From positions 32,001 through 96,000 of the IMG/VR virus record IMGVR_UViG_3300025669_000020: a stretch of DNA of 64,000 nucleotides. One strand, given 5' to 3'. The notes beneath the pieces were generated by a model. The model saw only the letters and a list, made by a program, of their open reading frames with translations. It did not search any database and was not told the origin of the DNA. Shown here piece after piece: positions 37,636-47,819 of this stretch; within the stretch, counting starts at the first letter, position 1, and each line of letters begins with the position of its first letter. The DNA comes from a virus. A program made the position numbers and the translations under genes.

Positions 37636-39447
37636 ATGCCCCGCGTAGCTGGAATCTTCGAGGCACCCCCCGCCATGCTCAAGTCATTCTTGGGCTGGGC
37701 GGTGCCTTTGTATGCGGGGCACGTGCTGGCCCAGACAGAAGCCCGCCTTCAGCTCCTGCGGAACCAAGAACAAATCTACTTGGATGCCGTGAAGGAGATG
37801 GAGCGCACCCAGCGGAATCTGGAACATATTGTGGATGCTTTGGAGGTGGGTGGGGAATTCACTTTCCACACCTACAGAGTGCTGCCGAGTGGGAAGCTCT
37901 ACTCGTTTATCCACGGGGCTCAGCGTCGTCTTGATGGGATTCCTGATTCAACGGGGAAGCCTGTACGGTTCTATGCGGTAGGGAAGGGCAGGAAGCGGCT
38001 GAAGTACCCCCGCTGGAGTAACAACACTCGCAAGAATGCCCTGTACTACTTGAGGGGTGATTTGCAGAGCGGCCTCGCTTTCATGGAGGCGGGGATCACG
38101 CAGTTCCGTGAGAGGGGGGACGACCCCGGCTCGGCTTTGGTAGACAATATTCTTCTTCGGCGTGAGTGCCTCAAGCACACATCCAAGGCCAAGGAATACG
38201 CCACTAAGACCAAGCGCAAGCTCCCCGTAAATCTCTCTGGGTGGAGGTATGCTCAGGCCACAGCCAAGGAACTGGCTGCAATCGAGTACAAGAACATCAC
38301 GGTGATTCTGGACTTCAAGGGGCACAGCACTCGTGGTGGTATTTGGAGGCCCGGCCAGAAAGAGTTGCAGGTGGACGTGCTCCACCCCATCCCCTTGACG
38401 GTAGCCGAGTTCCGGGTGGGTCTGGAAAGCATCCAGGAAGTAGCCCGTCATGAGCTACAGCATGTAGGTCAATTCCTGCTGAAAGAGCTGCGGGGTTTGG
38501 GGGAGATTGGTGGTATCCCAGGTGCTTCCGTGCGGGACACCTCTCGGGATGTGTATGGGTTCCCGGCAGATCCCAAGTATGTGCGCCGCCAAGACGAACA
38601 TGAGCTTCGAGATGTGGAGTTCTACACGGACCTCGCGGACGAGGTTCCCAATTTCATGCGGGCTATCCGCAAGGTCTCTCCTGAGGATCAGCAGGTGGCT
38701 TTCCGCACTTGGACAGGGTTGCAAAAATGGGAACGTACCATGAGCCCCAAGGTGGGGGAGAGCACCTTCTTCCGCAGGTTGCACACATGGAACAAGGCAA
38801 AATGGGTGAGAGCTGTGGGTGAATTCCTGAAGGCCGTTGAGAAGAAAGGCTACCGAGCCCCCTCAGCCTTCCGTGTGGCCTCCCGTCACGTGGCATCGTA
38901 TTTCAGCATCGGGGACCATGTCCTCTTTGGGAAGTACAAGAACAAGAAGGGCAAAGTCATTGCTGCCTACCTGGATGAGAAGGGTCACCCCGTGGTGGAG
39001 ATTGAGCCTGTCCCCAAGGGCAGGAAGCAGAACAAGATCGTCCAGCTCTACCGCATTTGGCATGCACCCGCGTCCCCCAAGATGGCCAACCAAGACTGGT
39101 CCCGACCCTCTGCTGTGCGCGTAGCCCAGGCTCGCGATGAGGGCTCCAAGGATTTCTTCGACAACCCCATGCGGTCATCGGTGAGGGACTTTGCCCTGTC
39201 CAATGCCATCACCAACGAGCCGGCTGTGGCTCAGCAGTCCCTGGATGATGGGCTCATCACAGAGACTGAAGAAGAGCGGGTGGATGACGCCCCTCTCACC
39301 CCATCGGAATCGGTACAGGAGCCTGGTGGGAAAGAGTTCTCTACCCTGGCGCAGTACCTGATCGAGACCGACACCCCCACCGTAGAGCCCGTGTCCCAGG
39401 GGTTTGCCGATATTCCTAAGTCCAAGAACTTGGCGGAGGAGGGGTAG
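37636..39447 (+). CDS. polyvalent protein: zincin peptidase + SH3/KOW-like domain + acidic tail
   Basis: RHELQH with downstream E; IGDHVLFGKYKNKKGKV; RVA boundaries. Confidence 0.65.
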   Translation: MPRVAGIFEAPPAMLKSFLGWAVPLYAGHVLAQTEARLQLLRNQEQIYLDAVKEMERTQRNLEHIVDALEVGGEFTFHTYRVLPSGKLYSFIHGAQRRLDGIPDSTGKPVRFYAVGKGRKRLKYPRWSNNTRKNALYYLRGDLQSGLAFMEAGITQFRERGDDPGSALVDNILLRRECLKHTSKAKEYATKTKRKLPVNLSGWRYAQATAKELAAIEYKNITVILDFKGHSTRGGIWRPGQKELQVDVLHPIPLTVAEFRVGLESIQEVARHELQHVGQFLLKELRGLGEIGGIPGASVRDTSRDVYGFPADPKYVRRQDEHELRDVEFYTDLADEVPNFMRAIRKVSPEDQQVAFRTWTGLQKWERTMSPKVGESTFFRRLHTWNKAKWVRAVGEFLKAVEKKGYRAPSAFRVASRHVASYFSIGDHVLFGKYKNKKGKVIAAYLDEKGHPVVEIEPVPKGRKQNKIVQLYRIWHAPASPKMANQDWSRPSAVRVAQARDEGSKDFFDNPMRSSVRDFALSNAITNEPAVAQQSLDDGLITETEEERVDDAPLTPSESVQEPGGKEFSTLAQYLIETDTPTVEPVSQGFADIPKSKNLAEEG

Positions 39448-39999
39448 ATGGCTTCCATTACAGGCTCCTTGAGCAATGACGTAGAGCTGATGTTCCCAGG
39501 GGACAGGTTCCCCGTTTCGGCAGGCCCCACCATGATCGCCAATGGTTGGCGTGGAGGCATCTGGGTCATGTATGTCACCTCCGCCCTGGGTGATTTCGTG
39601 GTGGAGACCAGCGATGGCACAATGACCTGTGGGTTCCTCCTGTTCCAGAGTGAGCAGTACCCCGCGACCCACATCCTGGAAGGCTCCCCCGGCAACTGGC
39701 TGGCTGGCCAGCCACGGAGCTGTCAGGCAACCAGTGTGGTCACCCTGATCAGTGGTGGCACCCGTGCCTATTTCCGCAGATACGAGACCATCGCTCTCGC
39801 TGCTGGCACCAGGTCAGGTGGGCCAATCACCTATGCGCTGCAGGACACGTTGAAGGTGTCCGAGAACGGGTTGCTCTGCAATGACTCTGATGCCGCCTTG
39901 GCAGCGGCGGGTATTGCCACTCCTGTCGTGGTCGGCATTGTGAGTGCAACACCCTCCACAGCCAATGAGGTCCGCCTAGGGGCGGACGTTAAGTACTGA
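39448..39999 (+). CDS. head decoration-like protein (paralog of 51412..52077)
   Basis: YET..GPITY..L.VSENGLLC..VVGI matches FET..DPITY..L.ASRNGFLC..IIGI. Confidence 0.6.
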   Translation: MASITGSLSNDVELMFPGDRFPVSAGPTMIANGWRGGIWVMYVTSALGDFVVETSDGTMTCGFLLFQSEQYPATHILEGSPGNWLAGQPRSCQATSVVTLISGGTRAYFRRYETIALAAGTRSGGPITYALQDTLKVSENGLLCNDSDAALAAAGIATPVVVGIVSATPSTANEVRLGADVKY

Positions 40000-42008
40000 T
40001 GCCCTCTGCTCCCACCCGCGTTGCAGGACGGTTCCTGGAGGCCACCAGGCCCGTGTGCAGGACCAAGGAGGGGTGGGACATCACGTTCAAGGTACTTGTT
40101 GATGACCCCCATGATCAGATGGGGGTGAAGAAGGGGCACAAGAACCAGCGGGTGGTGGCTTTCATAGAGGGGCAGGAAGTGGGCTACCTCAAGTGGTCCT
40201 ACATCCCCGAGCAGGTGTGGGAGCGCCGCTACCCTACGGTGTGGCACTACAGGCGTGATTTTGTAGGGTCCTGGTACGACGCAGAAGGCCAGGACTTGAA
40301 TGATCTGGAGACCCTCTGGACACTACTGTTCCAGCATCCCCGCTACTACGGCGAGCCCCGTGAGAAGCCTGACGTGCGGGGCATGAAGAGGGACATCAAG
40401 CGGTATCTCAAACAGCACCCACAGCTCTCTCCAGCATATGTCAAGTCACGGGAGTTCTGGGTAGATCGGCCCCTGGTCACATATGTGCATGTGGAACCAG
40501 CTTGGAGACGACACAAGGTAGGGCTTGCCCTTTACACATACGCAGCACGGTGGTTGGCGAAGAAGGGTTTTCCTCTCTATGGGGACACTCTCCAGACAGC
40601 AGATGCCAAGGGGGTTTGGAAGAAGATGCGGAAGCTCAAGCGTATTCCCGTGAAGAACACGGAGTTCGAGCATGGCGGCAAACCTCGTGATCGGATTGAT
40701 TATCGTCGCGTTGCCTCCCGGTTCATCTCCAAGCACGCGTGCATCATCGCAGTTGGTGACTGGGAGGGGAGCCGTTGTCTACTGAAGGTGCGGGATCGGA
40801 ACTACCGTCCTGACCTGGACGTGATCCACAAGGTCAAGGCCGGGGTGGAGCTGCTCTATGTCCACGACAAGAAGACGGGCTGGGTAGAGGGGCTGAATGA
40901 ACACGGGATCGGGATCGTGAACACCTCCCTCCTGGTGATCCGGGATGAGAACGAGGTTGACCTGACCACCTCGGAGGGGAAGAAGCTCAAGGACGGCACT
41001 CGTATCCGTGAGGCTCTGACCAAGAAGACCCTGGATGATGCGGTGGACTCCATCTGCAACTACGAGGGTGGGCTCATGGGCCACACCTTCCTCAGTGATG
41101 GGGAGACCACCATCGTTGTGGAGCACACCATCAAGCACGATTGCAAGACCACGGTGCTCACGGGGGCAGATGTTGTTGTCCGAACGAACCATGGTGTCTC
41201 CCATGAGGACGCCGGGTACACAGACGGGAAGGACGCGGAGTCCTCTCACAAGCGGTCTGATGATGCAGAAGCTGCGCTCTCTGGGGTCAAGAAGATCGAG
41301 GATTTGGCTCCTACCTTGATGGAGGCTCGGGGTCGGAAGAAGGACCCCAACAACATGGTGCGGAACACCGCCAACATGCGTACCACGTCCCAGATGCTGC
41401 TCGACCTGGACAACCTGACATTGTACCTCTACCTGATCCCAGGGAAGGTGCAGTGGAAGGGGTACGTGAACAAGATGCCCAAGGGTCGGAAGCCGAAGCT
41501 CAAGCTTCAGGTGCTCCGGTACAAGGACGGGGACAGCCTTGATCTCGAACCAGTCCTGAAACAGGCCCACGTGGAGCCCATGGTGCAGATGGAAGACCAT
41601 GGCTCTGATGAGGTGATATTCTACCTGAGGGACAGGAACACCGATAAGGTGTTGGCCGACCTCATCCTCACCGCTATGGATCCCCCCGGCTACTGGTTCG
41701 TGGGTCATTCCGGAGCCCTTGTGCGGGGACAGGGGTATGGCACCGAGCTGTACATGGCTGCCATCAAGTACGCCACGGAACAGGGACACGGGGTGGTGTC
41801 CGATGAGGAAGCCATTGCCTCAGCCAAGGCAGCACGCAGGTATGTGCGGCGACGCGGGGTGCATTTTCAGGACGGCTCCGTGTACAAGACACGCAGATCC
41901 TTCCTGACCTTCTGCCTGGGGTATCCAGAGGAGGAGGATGCTCACGACATCAGGGACGCGGTGGTGATGACCTCTCGCAAGGGTGCTGCCTACCCCTCGG
42001 AGAGATGA
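39999..42008 (+). CDS. polyvalent protein: GNAT + Ntn hydrolase + GNAT
   Basis: VHVEPAWRRHKVGLALY; C248-IIA..RDRNY..EGLNEHG..RTNHG; VRGQGYGTELY. Confidence 0.75.
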   Translation: MPSAPTRVAGRFLEATRPVCRTKEGWDITFKVLVDDPHDQMGVKKGHKNQRVVAFIEGQEVGYLKWSYIPEQVWERRYPTVWHYRRDFVGSWYDAEGQDLNDLETLWTLLFQHPRYYGEPREKPDVRGMKRDIKRYLKQHPQLSPAYVKSREFWVDRPLVTYVHVEPAWRRHKVGLALYTYAARWLAKKGFPLYGDTLQTADAKGVWKKMRKLKRIPVKNTEFEHGGKPRDRIDYRRVASRFISKHACIIAVGDWEGSRCLLKVRDRNYRPDLDVIHKVKAGVELLYVHDKKTGWVEGLNEHGIGIVNTSLLVIRDENEVDLTTSEGKKLKDGTRIREALTKKTLDDAVDSICNYEGGLMGHTFLSDGETTIVVEHTIKHDCKTTVLTGADVVVRTNHGVSHEDAGYTDGKDAESSHKRSDDAEAALSGVKKIEDLAPTLMEARGRKKDPNNMVRNTANMRTTSQMLLDLDNLTLYLYLIPGKVQWKGYVNKMPKGRKPKLKLQVLRYKDGDSLDLEPVLKQAHVEPMVQMEDHGSDEVIFYLRDRNTDKVLADLILTAMDPPGYWFVGHSGALVRGQGYGTELYMAAIKYATEQGHGVVSDEEAIASAKAARRYVRRRGVHFQDGSVYKTRRSFLTFCLGYPEEEDAHDIRDAVVMTSRKGAAYPSER

Positions 42009-42505
42009 TGCCCACTCTGACCCCTACCGGGCAGTCCGCCATGATGGATGGTGTTGTGTGGCTGGGTGATGTGCGGAAAGACCTCTTCATCCACTTCACC
42101 ACACAGGAGAGGGCGGATCAGATCCTGGCAGCAGGCAAGCTCCTGATGAACCCTCCCTACAAGAAGTTCGGGACGGATGCCGTCAACGCAGTCTCCCTCA
42201 AGTGGGGGTGGTGGTCACCTGGGGTGCAGATGAAGCACCTGGGTTCCAAGGCTGACCTTGTGGGGATCGTGTTCCAGACATCCGTGGTCCCCGAGCGGGG
42301 GTATGTGGAAGAGATCATCTGGAAGCGGGACGTACCCCTCAGGGGTGCCAAGGTGGTGCCTTTGTCCCAGGGTGCCTCGATGCTCCGGCGCACCCCAGAG
42401 CGCATCGCGGAAGACGACATGGTGGTCTACAAGGAATCCCAGCTCCGTACAGCCGGGCTGGAGGTTGCCTGGGGGATGTGCTGTCGCGGTAATCCCTCTA
42501 TTTAG
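42005..42505 (+). CDS. possible ADP-ribosyltransferase-fold protein
   Basis: FIHFT..I..G.L, AVS, GYVEEI spacing resembles H-S/Y-E ART strands; weak. Confidence 0.35.
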   Translation: MMPTLTPTGQSAMMDGVVWLGDVRKDLFIHFTTQERADQILAAGKLLMNPPYKKFGTDAVNAVSLKWGWWSPGVQMKHLGSKADLVGIVFQTSVVPERGYVEEIIWKRDVPLRGAKVVPLSQGASMLRRTPERIAEDDMVVYKESQLRTAGLEVAWGMCCRGNPSI

Positions 42506-42518
42506 TCACCGCTGGTAG
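42487..42518 (+). promoter_or_regulatory. class B promoter-like motif CGGTA-N6-CTAT-N12-GGTAG
   Basis: Recurrent motif. Confidence 0.6.
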
Positions 42519-42527
42519 AGGAACCCT

Positions 42528-45500
42528 ATGCCCACTGTCGATAAAGTAGCTGCCCGTTGGCTGGAAGCGCGCCAGGATCCCCTGGACGAGAAGTACATCC
42601 AGAAGCTCCGCAAGGAGTTCCTGATGCTCCTTCGGAACGCGGACAGGGCCAAGACTTTCGACACCCCCACAGCGGAGAAGTACCGCAAGGCTGTGGTTCG
42701 GTGGCGGGAGATGTTCGAGCTTTATGGGGGGCAGATTCGGGAGGACCTGAAGGGTAGAGAGCGTGCAGCCAAGAGCGGTTATGGGAAGAACACCAAGGCC
42801 AATGAACAGTGGGCACATTGGTATCTGGAACACATGAAGCCTTTCTGGGAAATGCACTATGAGCTGGGTAATGTTCCCGCGGTGCCAGACCTGCGCGCTG
42901 GTACTTCAGGAGGGCCTTTCGAAGACCCCGAGGTGGTGGAGGCCCGGCTTGTAGATTTTTATGAGACGCGCTATCCAGAGAGGGATGCCAAGAGGGAGGT
43001 TGAGCGGTATCTCTGGAGTTCCCCGCTCTGGACACGGAAGCAGGCAGAGGCGGATTCTCTGGAGCGTTGGGCGGAAATCACTCGCAAGTGGGCTGCACGG
43101 GCTCGGAGCAAGGCTCGTGCAACGTGGAAGTATCTCACTGATCTGGGCAACTGGGCTGCAGAGTCCGGTGGGGGTGGGGAGGCCATTGCATTGACCACGA
43201 CCCAGGATGAGAGGGTGAGCCTGGAAGGTTTCTCCCTGCTTTTCCGGGGGTTCGATGATGCTGGCTCGAACCAGGAGTATTTGGAGGCACTGAAGGCAGC
43301 CCTGGCCAAGTACAAGCAGAAGGCACGTAAGCACCTGCCTCTTCTTCTGAAGAAACAACTCCCATTCGTGGTGAACTGGTCCTGGGCCAAAGACCATGGA
43401 AGCGCCGCCGCCACCTACAACGGCGACCACATCGAGATCACTCCTTGGGGGTTGACTTCCAACACTGACAACATGGTGCGGACATTGGCTCATGAGATGG
43501 GCCACCACCTCTACGACATCCTGGGTCGGGAGAAGCAGCACTTCTGGGAAAGTGCCCTCCGTGGGGACTACAAGAAGCTGGATTTGCGGCATGCAGTCAA
43601 GGTCATGAAGTCTGTGGGGGCTAGCACCACCATCAGTGACAAGCTGGCTCAGAAGGACCCCATCCTCTATCTGCAGTTGGGCACCCTCCTGAACCATCAT
43701 GGCTACAAGGGTTTGGACTTGTTCGGGCTGAAATCCATTGAGGAGTATTTGGCAGATCCGGAGAACAGTCCCATTGTTATAGTGCCTGCCTCTCCAATCT
43801 CAGCGTATGCGGGAACGAGTGCCTCAGAGGCTTTCTGTGAGGCTGTCGGGCACCTGGTGGCCTACGGCAAGAACCGGCTGCCTGACAAGGTGTTGGGTTG
43901 GATGAAGATCATGCTTCCCCATGTGAAGTTCGGGGCAGAGCGGCTTGGCCCCAACACCCCGCTGATGGAACACGGCAAGGTCAAGGTCAAGTACCGGGTG
44001 AAGAGCAGTGGCAAGGGCGTCGCTGTGACGGTCTATTATGGCCGTGGGAAAATTGGTGGGATGAATGCTTTTGTCACCAAATACCCCGAACGGGATTACT
44101 GCGGAGATGACGTTTGGAAGCTCCTGAAGAAGTACCCACAGGTTGAGGACACCAGCCGTGGTAGGTGGACACCAAATGGCGGGGAAGAGCGCACCAACAC
44201 GAGGGGTCTCCAAGTCTACAAGGCATTCCTCACCGATGAAAGCAAGCAGGGGTTGGGCATTGGCAGGGCGATGTACCTGGCGATGATGGCGGAGTGGTTC
44301 GATAAGGTTGGGCCCTTCCTGTTCATGCCTATGGTCTGTGGGTTGGGTACATCGGGGACATCTGCCGCAGCTTTCCGTGTGTGGAAGTCTCTGGCACGGG
44401 ATTTCCCCTCCAGCGGCAATGTGATTGCAGTGCTTCGGCGTCCTCGGTTGCCTTCCCCCTCCAAGGTAGCACACAGGTTCATGGGAGATTCTTCTCTTCA
44501 CCCTGTGAGGGGTATCTCCACGCATGACGGGGACGGGCGTCCTCTGCGGCAGCCCTCTGGTTTGTTGCGTATGATGCCTGACTATGGAGAGGGCGGAGCC
44601 AATCTCCCTCGTGGGAATCCTGGTGAGGTCGAAGAGGTGTGCGAGGAACTGCAGGCTATGGGGATGCGGGTGGCAGCATATGATCTGATTACAGACCTCA
44701 TGCCTAAAGAGATGGACACATTCAGAATCGGACCTTTGCACATCAGTATTTCTCCTGGGTATGACAAGTTCCAACGCCTGTTCACCCGGCAGATGGCTGC
44801 TGCCCTCCAGCAGCACAAGAAGCTCCTCCCAGAAATGCAAATCCGAGCAGCAAATGTGGTGCTTGTACACTCCCGAGGTTGGGGTGAGGATCTGGCGGGC
44901 GACTATGACGACGGGACGATCCGGATCCTATTCAAGAACAGCCCTGCCGCTGTGGAGACCGCCTTGCACGAGATCGGGCATCAGCTGTGGGATCACAACA
45001 GTGGTTTGCGGAGCCAGTGGCGTATTTTTGACTCGGTTGCATGGGATACCAAGGGGTATCGGATCAATGCTGTAGCTTCGGAGAGCATGGAGGAGCACTT
45101 CTGCGAGGCATACGCCCTTGTGGTGGGTGGTTCTCTCCGGGGTTGGCGGAAGGAGGCTATTCTGATGGCTATCGAAGGAAAGACCCACCCCAGGATGCAG
45201 GCATCCAGAGTGGCCACACGGTTGGCGGATCGGTTCCTCAGTGCAGCAGCCAAGTACCAGAAGAAGAAGGAAGTCCCCAAGGCTGATGGCAAGGGGACCA
45301 TGACCGTCTACGAGTACAGCGACGGGCAGGTTCAGCACCGGAACCGGGAGAAGGCCGAGCGCGTAGAGAAACTACGGGGGAACCTCGACAAGCTCCGTGG
45401 CCAGGTGAAGAAAGACCTCAAGTCCAAGGACCCAAGCACAAGGCTCAGTGCTTTGGCTGTGGGGCTCATGAACGACACCTACGAGCGTGTAGGCAATGCA

Positions 45501-46931
45501 GGCTCCGCCAAGGAAGGACACTTCGGTGTCACCGTGTGGCAGGCCCAGCATGTAACCCTGGGCAAGGGGAAGGCCACCTTCAGCTATGTAGGCAAGAGCG
45601 GGGTCAAGCAGAAGAAGGTCACCTCCGACAAGGCTTTGATCTCTGTGCTGCGTGAAGCCATGAAGGGGAAGTCCGGTACGGATAATGTGTTCTCACTGGA
45701 CGATGTTTCCGTGGGTGCTAGCGGGGTGAACGAGTACCTCAAGCAGTTCAACATCACCGCGAAGGACATCCGAGGGCTGCATGCCAACAGGGAGATGCAG
45801 ACCCGGCTCAAGAGCGTTCGTTCCAAGGGCGGCAAGCTCCCAGCTGACAAGAAAAAGCGGGATGAGAAGCTCAAGGCGGAGTTCAAGAAGGCTCTGGAGG
45901 GAGCTGCAGAGGCTGTGGGCCATGAGCCCACTACCCTGAAGGGTCAGTACCTCGTGCCTGGGTTGGAGGACAGCTACATCAAGGACGGCACTGTGATGGA
46001 CAAGCTGCACAAGAAGGCTCGTGTGGCACTTCCCCCAAGCAAGTGGGTGGATGCGGTGTCTACGGAGCTGGACAGGGCTCAGAAGGAACAGGTCTGGACC
46101 GTTTACCACATGACCTATGCGACTATCGGAGAACACATTGGGAGCTTGGGGCAGCTCCTGTCCAAGTACAAGCTCCTGTGGTTGATGGATGTCGATGGTG
46201 ACCAGGAGATCGATGCCTTCATCGCCTACAAGAAGACTCCTTTTGGCTACAAGATCGCCCTGGGAGGAACAGACGGCACCAGGGCTGCTGTGAGGGCATT
46301 TGTGCGGAAGCACCAAGAGTTGATGGTGCGTCCAGGGTGGTATGCAGAGGCATCCGGCAAGCCCGATAAGCTGATGTCCAAGATGGGCCTGCGCCCTCTG
46401 GAAGATGAGAGTGCTGTGCGTGGGGTACTGGTAGGCAAGGACATCGAGTGGGGGCAGGATGGTTGGTACACCCGAACCCTGGGTGGTCTTGGGAAGGTTA
46501 AGAAGCGGATGTACGGACACCCCATAGTGAGGGGTCGTGCGCTCATGGCCTCCGATGTGGAGTGGGAAGACCTCACAGGGAGGACGCTTACGGGTGAGGT
46601 GGTAGACACGGACTCCAACGTGTGGATCGTGGCAGATGCCACTGGCAGAGAGCATCACCTGGAAGATGGGTGGGACTTTGTGCGGAGGGTGGCAACCAAG
46701 ACCCCCGCAGAGCGTGAGGATGCAGAGGTGGAGCGGCTCAGTCGCAAGGAGCCCAAAGTCAAACCTCCCCGCAAGGATCTCCGCAGGCAGCGTATGGAAG
46801 TGGATCAGGAAGACGATCCCGACATGAAACAGGACAAAAAGAATCAGTCCCACAATTACAAGGACATAGGGGCAAGCGTGCTTTCTGTGCTGGAACGACA
46901 GTACAAATTCAGCGCCTGGACGGTATGGTAG
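42528..46931 (+). CDS. 1467-aa polyvalent protein: helical domain + zincin + GNAT + zincin + topoisomerase IB catalytic domain + unknown domains
   Basis: HEMGH (aa 322), KQGLGIGRAMY, HEIGH (aa 814), ERVGN / YVGKSG / TAKDIR / GH / QY (Tyr1141). Confidence 0.8.
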   Translation: MPTVDKVAARWLEARQDPLDEKYIQKLRKEFLMLLRNADRAKTFDTPTAEKYRKAVVRWREMFELYGGQIREDLKGRERAAKSGYGKNTKANEQWAHWYLEHMKPFWEMHYELGNVPAVPDLRAGTSGGPFEDPEVVEARLVDFYETRYPERDAKREVERYLWSSPLWTRKQAEADSLERWAEITRKWAARARSKARATWKYLTDLGNWAAESGGGGEAIALTTTQDERVSLEGFSLLFRGFDDAGSNQEYLEALKAALAKYKQKARKHLPLLLKKQLPFVVNWSWAKDHGSAAATYNGDHIEITPWGLTSNTDNMVRTLAHEMGHHLYDILGREKQHFWESALRGDYKKLDLRHAVKVMKSVGASTTISDKLAQKDPILYLQLGTLLNHHGYKGLDLFGLKSIEEYLADPENSPIVIVPASPISAYAGTSASEAFCEAVGHLVAYGKNRLPDKVLGWMKIMLPHVKFGAERLGPNTPLMEHGKVKVKYRVKSSGKGVAVTVYYGRGKIGGMNAFVTKYPERDYCGDDVWKLLKKYPQVEDTSRGRWTPNGGEERTNTRGLQVYKAFLTDESKQGLGIGRAMYLAMMAEWFDKVGPFLFMPMVCGLGTSGTSAAAFRVWKSLARDFPSSGNVIAVLRRPRLPSPSKVAHRFMGDSSLHPVRGISTHDGDGRPLRQPSGLLRMMPDYGEGGANLPRGNPGEVEEVCEELQAMGMRVAAYDLITDLMPKEMDTFRIGPLHISISPGYDKFQRLFTRQMAAALQQHKKLLPEMQIRAANVVLVHSRGWGEDLAGDYDDGTIRILFKNSPAAVETALHEIGHQLWDHNSGLRSQWRIFDSVAWDTKGYRINAVASESMEEHFCEAYALVVGGSLRGWRKEAILMAIEGKTHPRMQASRVATRLADRFLSAAAKYQKKKEVPKADGKGTMTVYEYSDGQVQHRNREKAERVEKLRGNLDKLRGQVKKDLKSKDPSTRLSALAVGLMNDTYERVGNAGSAKEGHFGVTVWQAQHVTLGKGKATFSYVGKSGVKQKKVTSDKALISVLREAMKGKSGTDNVFSLDDVSVGASGVNEYLKQFNITAKDIRGLHANREMQTRLKSVRSKGGKLPADKKKRDEKLKAEFKKALEGAAEAVGHEPTTLKGQYLVPGLEDSYIKDGTVMDKLHKKARVALPPSKWVDAVSTELDRAQKEQVWTVYHMTYATIGEHIGSLGQLLSKYKLLWLMDVDGDQEIDAFIAYKKTPFGYKIALGGTDGTRAAVRAFVRKHQELMVRPGWYAEASGKPDKLMSKMGLRPLEDESAVRGVLVGKDIEWGQDGWYTRTLGGLGKVKKRMYGHPIVRGRALMASDVEWEDLTGRTLTGEVVDTDSNVWIVADATGREHHLEDGWDFVRRVATKTPAEREDAEVERLSRKEPKVKPPRKDLRRQRMEVDQEDDPDMKQDKKNQSHNYKDIGASVLSVLERQYKFSAWTVW

Positions 46932-47010
46932 GGAGTTTCCCACAACCCCCACTGAGTTTCCCCTGGGCTGTCCAAGTTTCGACATACGGGAATTTCAGGG
47001 GTTTTTAGGC

Positions 47011-47041
47011 AAATAGTCTGTCTATACCCTCCCCTTATGAG
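47011..47041 (+). promoter_or_regulatory. class B promoter-like motif AAATA-N6-CTAT
   Basis: Upstream of the head-assembly operon; degenerate. Confidence 0.4.
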
Positions 47042-47120
47042 CGACAGGCAGACTCCCAAGTGATCTGTCTTGCGCCGCTACAGACAGTCTCACTACAACC
47101 CCAGCAACAGGAGTCGCCCC

Positions 47121-47810
47121 ATGGCCAGGATTACACGCCGAGGTGCCCGCAACGTCACGCTGGATCTCGACAAGATCGCTTCTCTGTTCCAGGATCACCA
47201 CGAGCTGATGGGCATCCCCCAGAAGATCGCTGCTGATTTCGCATATCGCTGTGACCTCATCTCCGACCATGTGGAGAGGCATGTCCTCGCCATGGAGAAG
47301 TCCGCAAGCGAAGAGGAAGAGGGAAAGGAAGCAACTGAGGCCGAGAAGCCTCAGACCCAGATCGATGATGATCCCGCATCCGACGACCAGAACAAGCCCG
47401 AGCACTACTACCACGGGAAGAACGCCGAGGACGAGACCGGACTTTCGGTCGAGCCTACTGGCGGCTTTGACCCCAATGAGATCGCTGACAAGAAAAGCGG
47501 TCCCCTTGAGGCACCTCCCGCAGAGGAAGGCGTCGAAGGCCACTTCACCCAGGTTAACTTCCAGCAGCTTTGCGACAAGGAAGAAGGCCCCGGTGTCGGA
47601 ACCCAGGTCGACAAGTTCGCCGCCGAAGAAGCTGTACTTGCCGCCATGCTGGAAGAAGAAGGCATGACTGGCAAGGCCGCTGGCGACGACGATGACGAAG
47701 ATGAGGAAGAGGACTCCGATGAGGATGTCGAGAAGGAAGCCTCCGAGACGGAAGCCTCCGAGACGGAAGCCTCTACCGAGACCTTCCACGGCTACAACCT
47801 TTTCGCATAG
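47121..47810 (+). CDS. acidic prohead core/scaffold-like protein
   Basis: AGGAG RBS; very acidic with KSA/KEA/KAA sites. Confidence 0.55.
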   Translation: MARITRRGARNVTLDLDKIASLFQDHHELMGIPQKIAADFAYRCDLISDHVERHVLAMEKSASEEEEGKEATEAEKPQTQIDDDPASDDQNKPEHYYHGKNAEDETGLSVEPTGGFDPNEIADKKSGPLEAPPAEEGVEGHFTQVNFQQLCDKEEGPGVGTQVDKFAAEEAVLAAMLEEEGMTGKAAGDDDDEDEEEDSDEDVEKEASETEASETEASTETFHGYNLFA

Positions 47811-47819
47811 GGGATCACC

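Noticed and set aside
35589-37682. Long minus-strand ORFs (e.g. 35589-37682, 58802-60238, 51310-52626, 45693-46985, 63014-63898)
   Set aside because: Antisense shadows of GC3-biased plus-strand genes; no RBS or protein motifs
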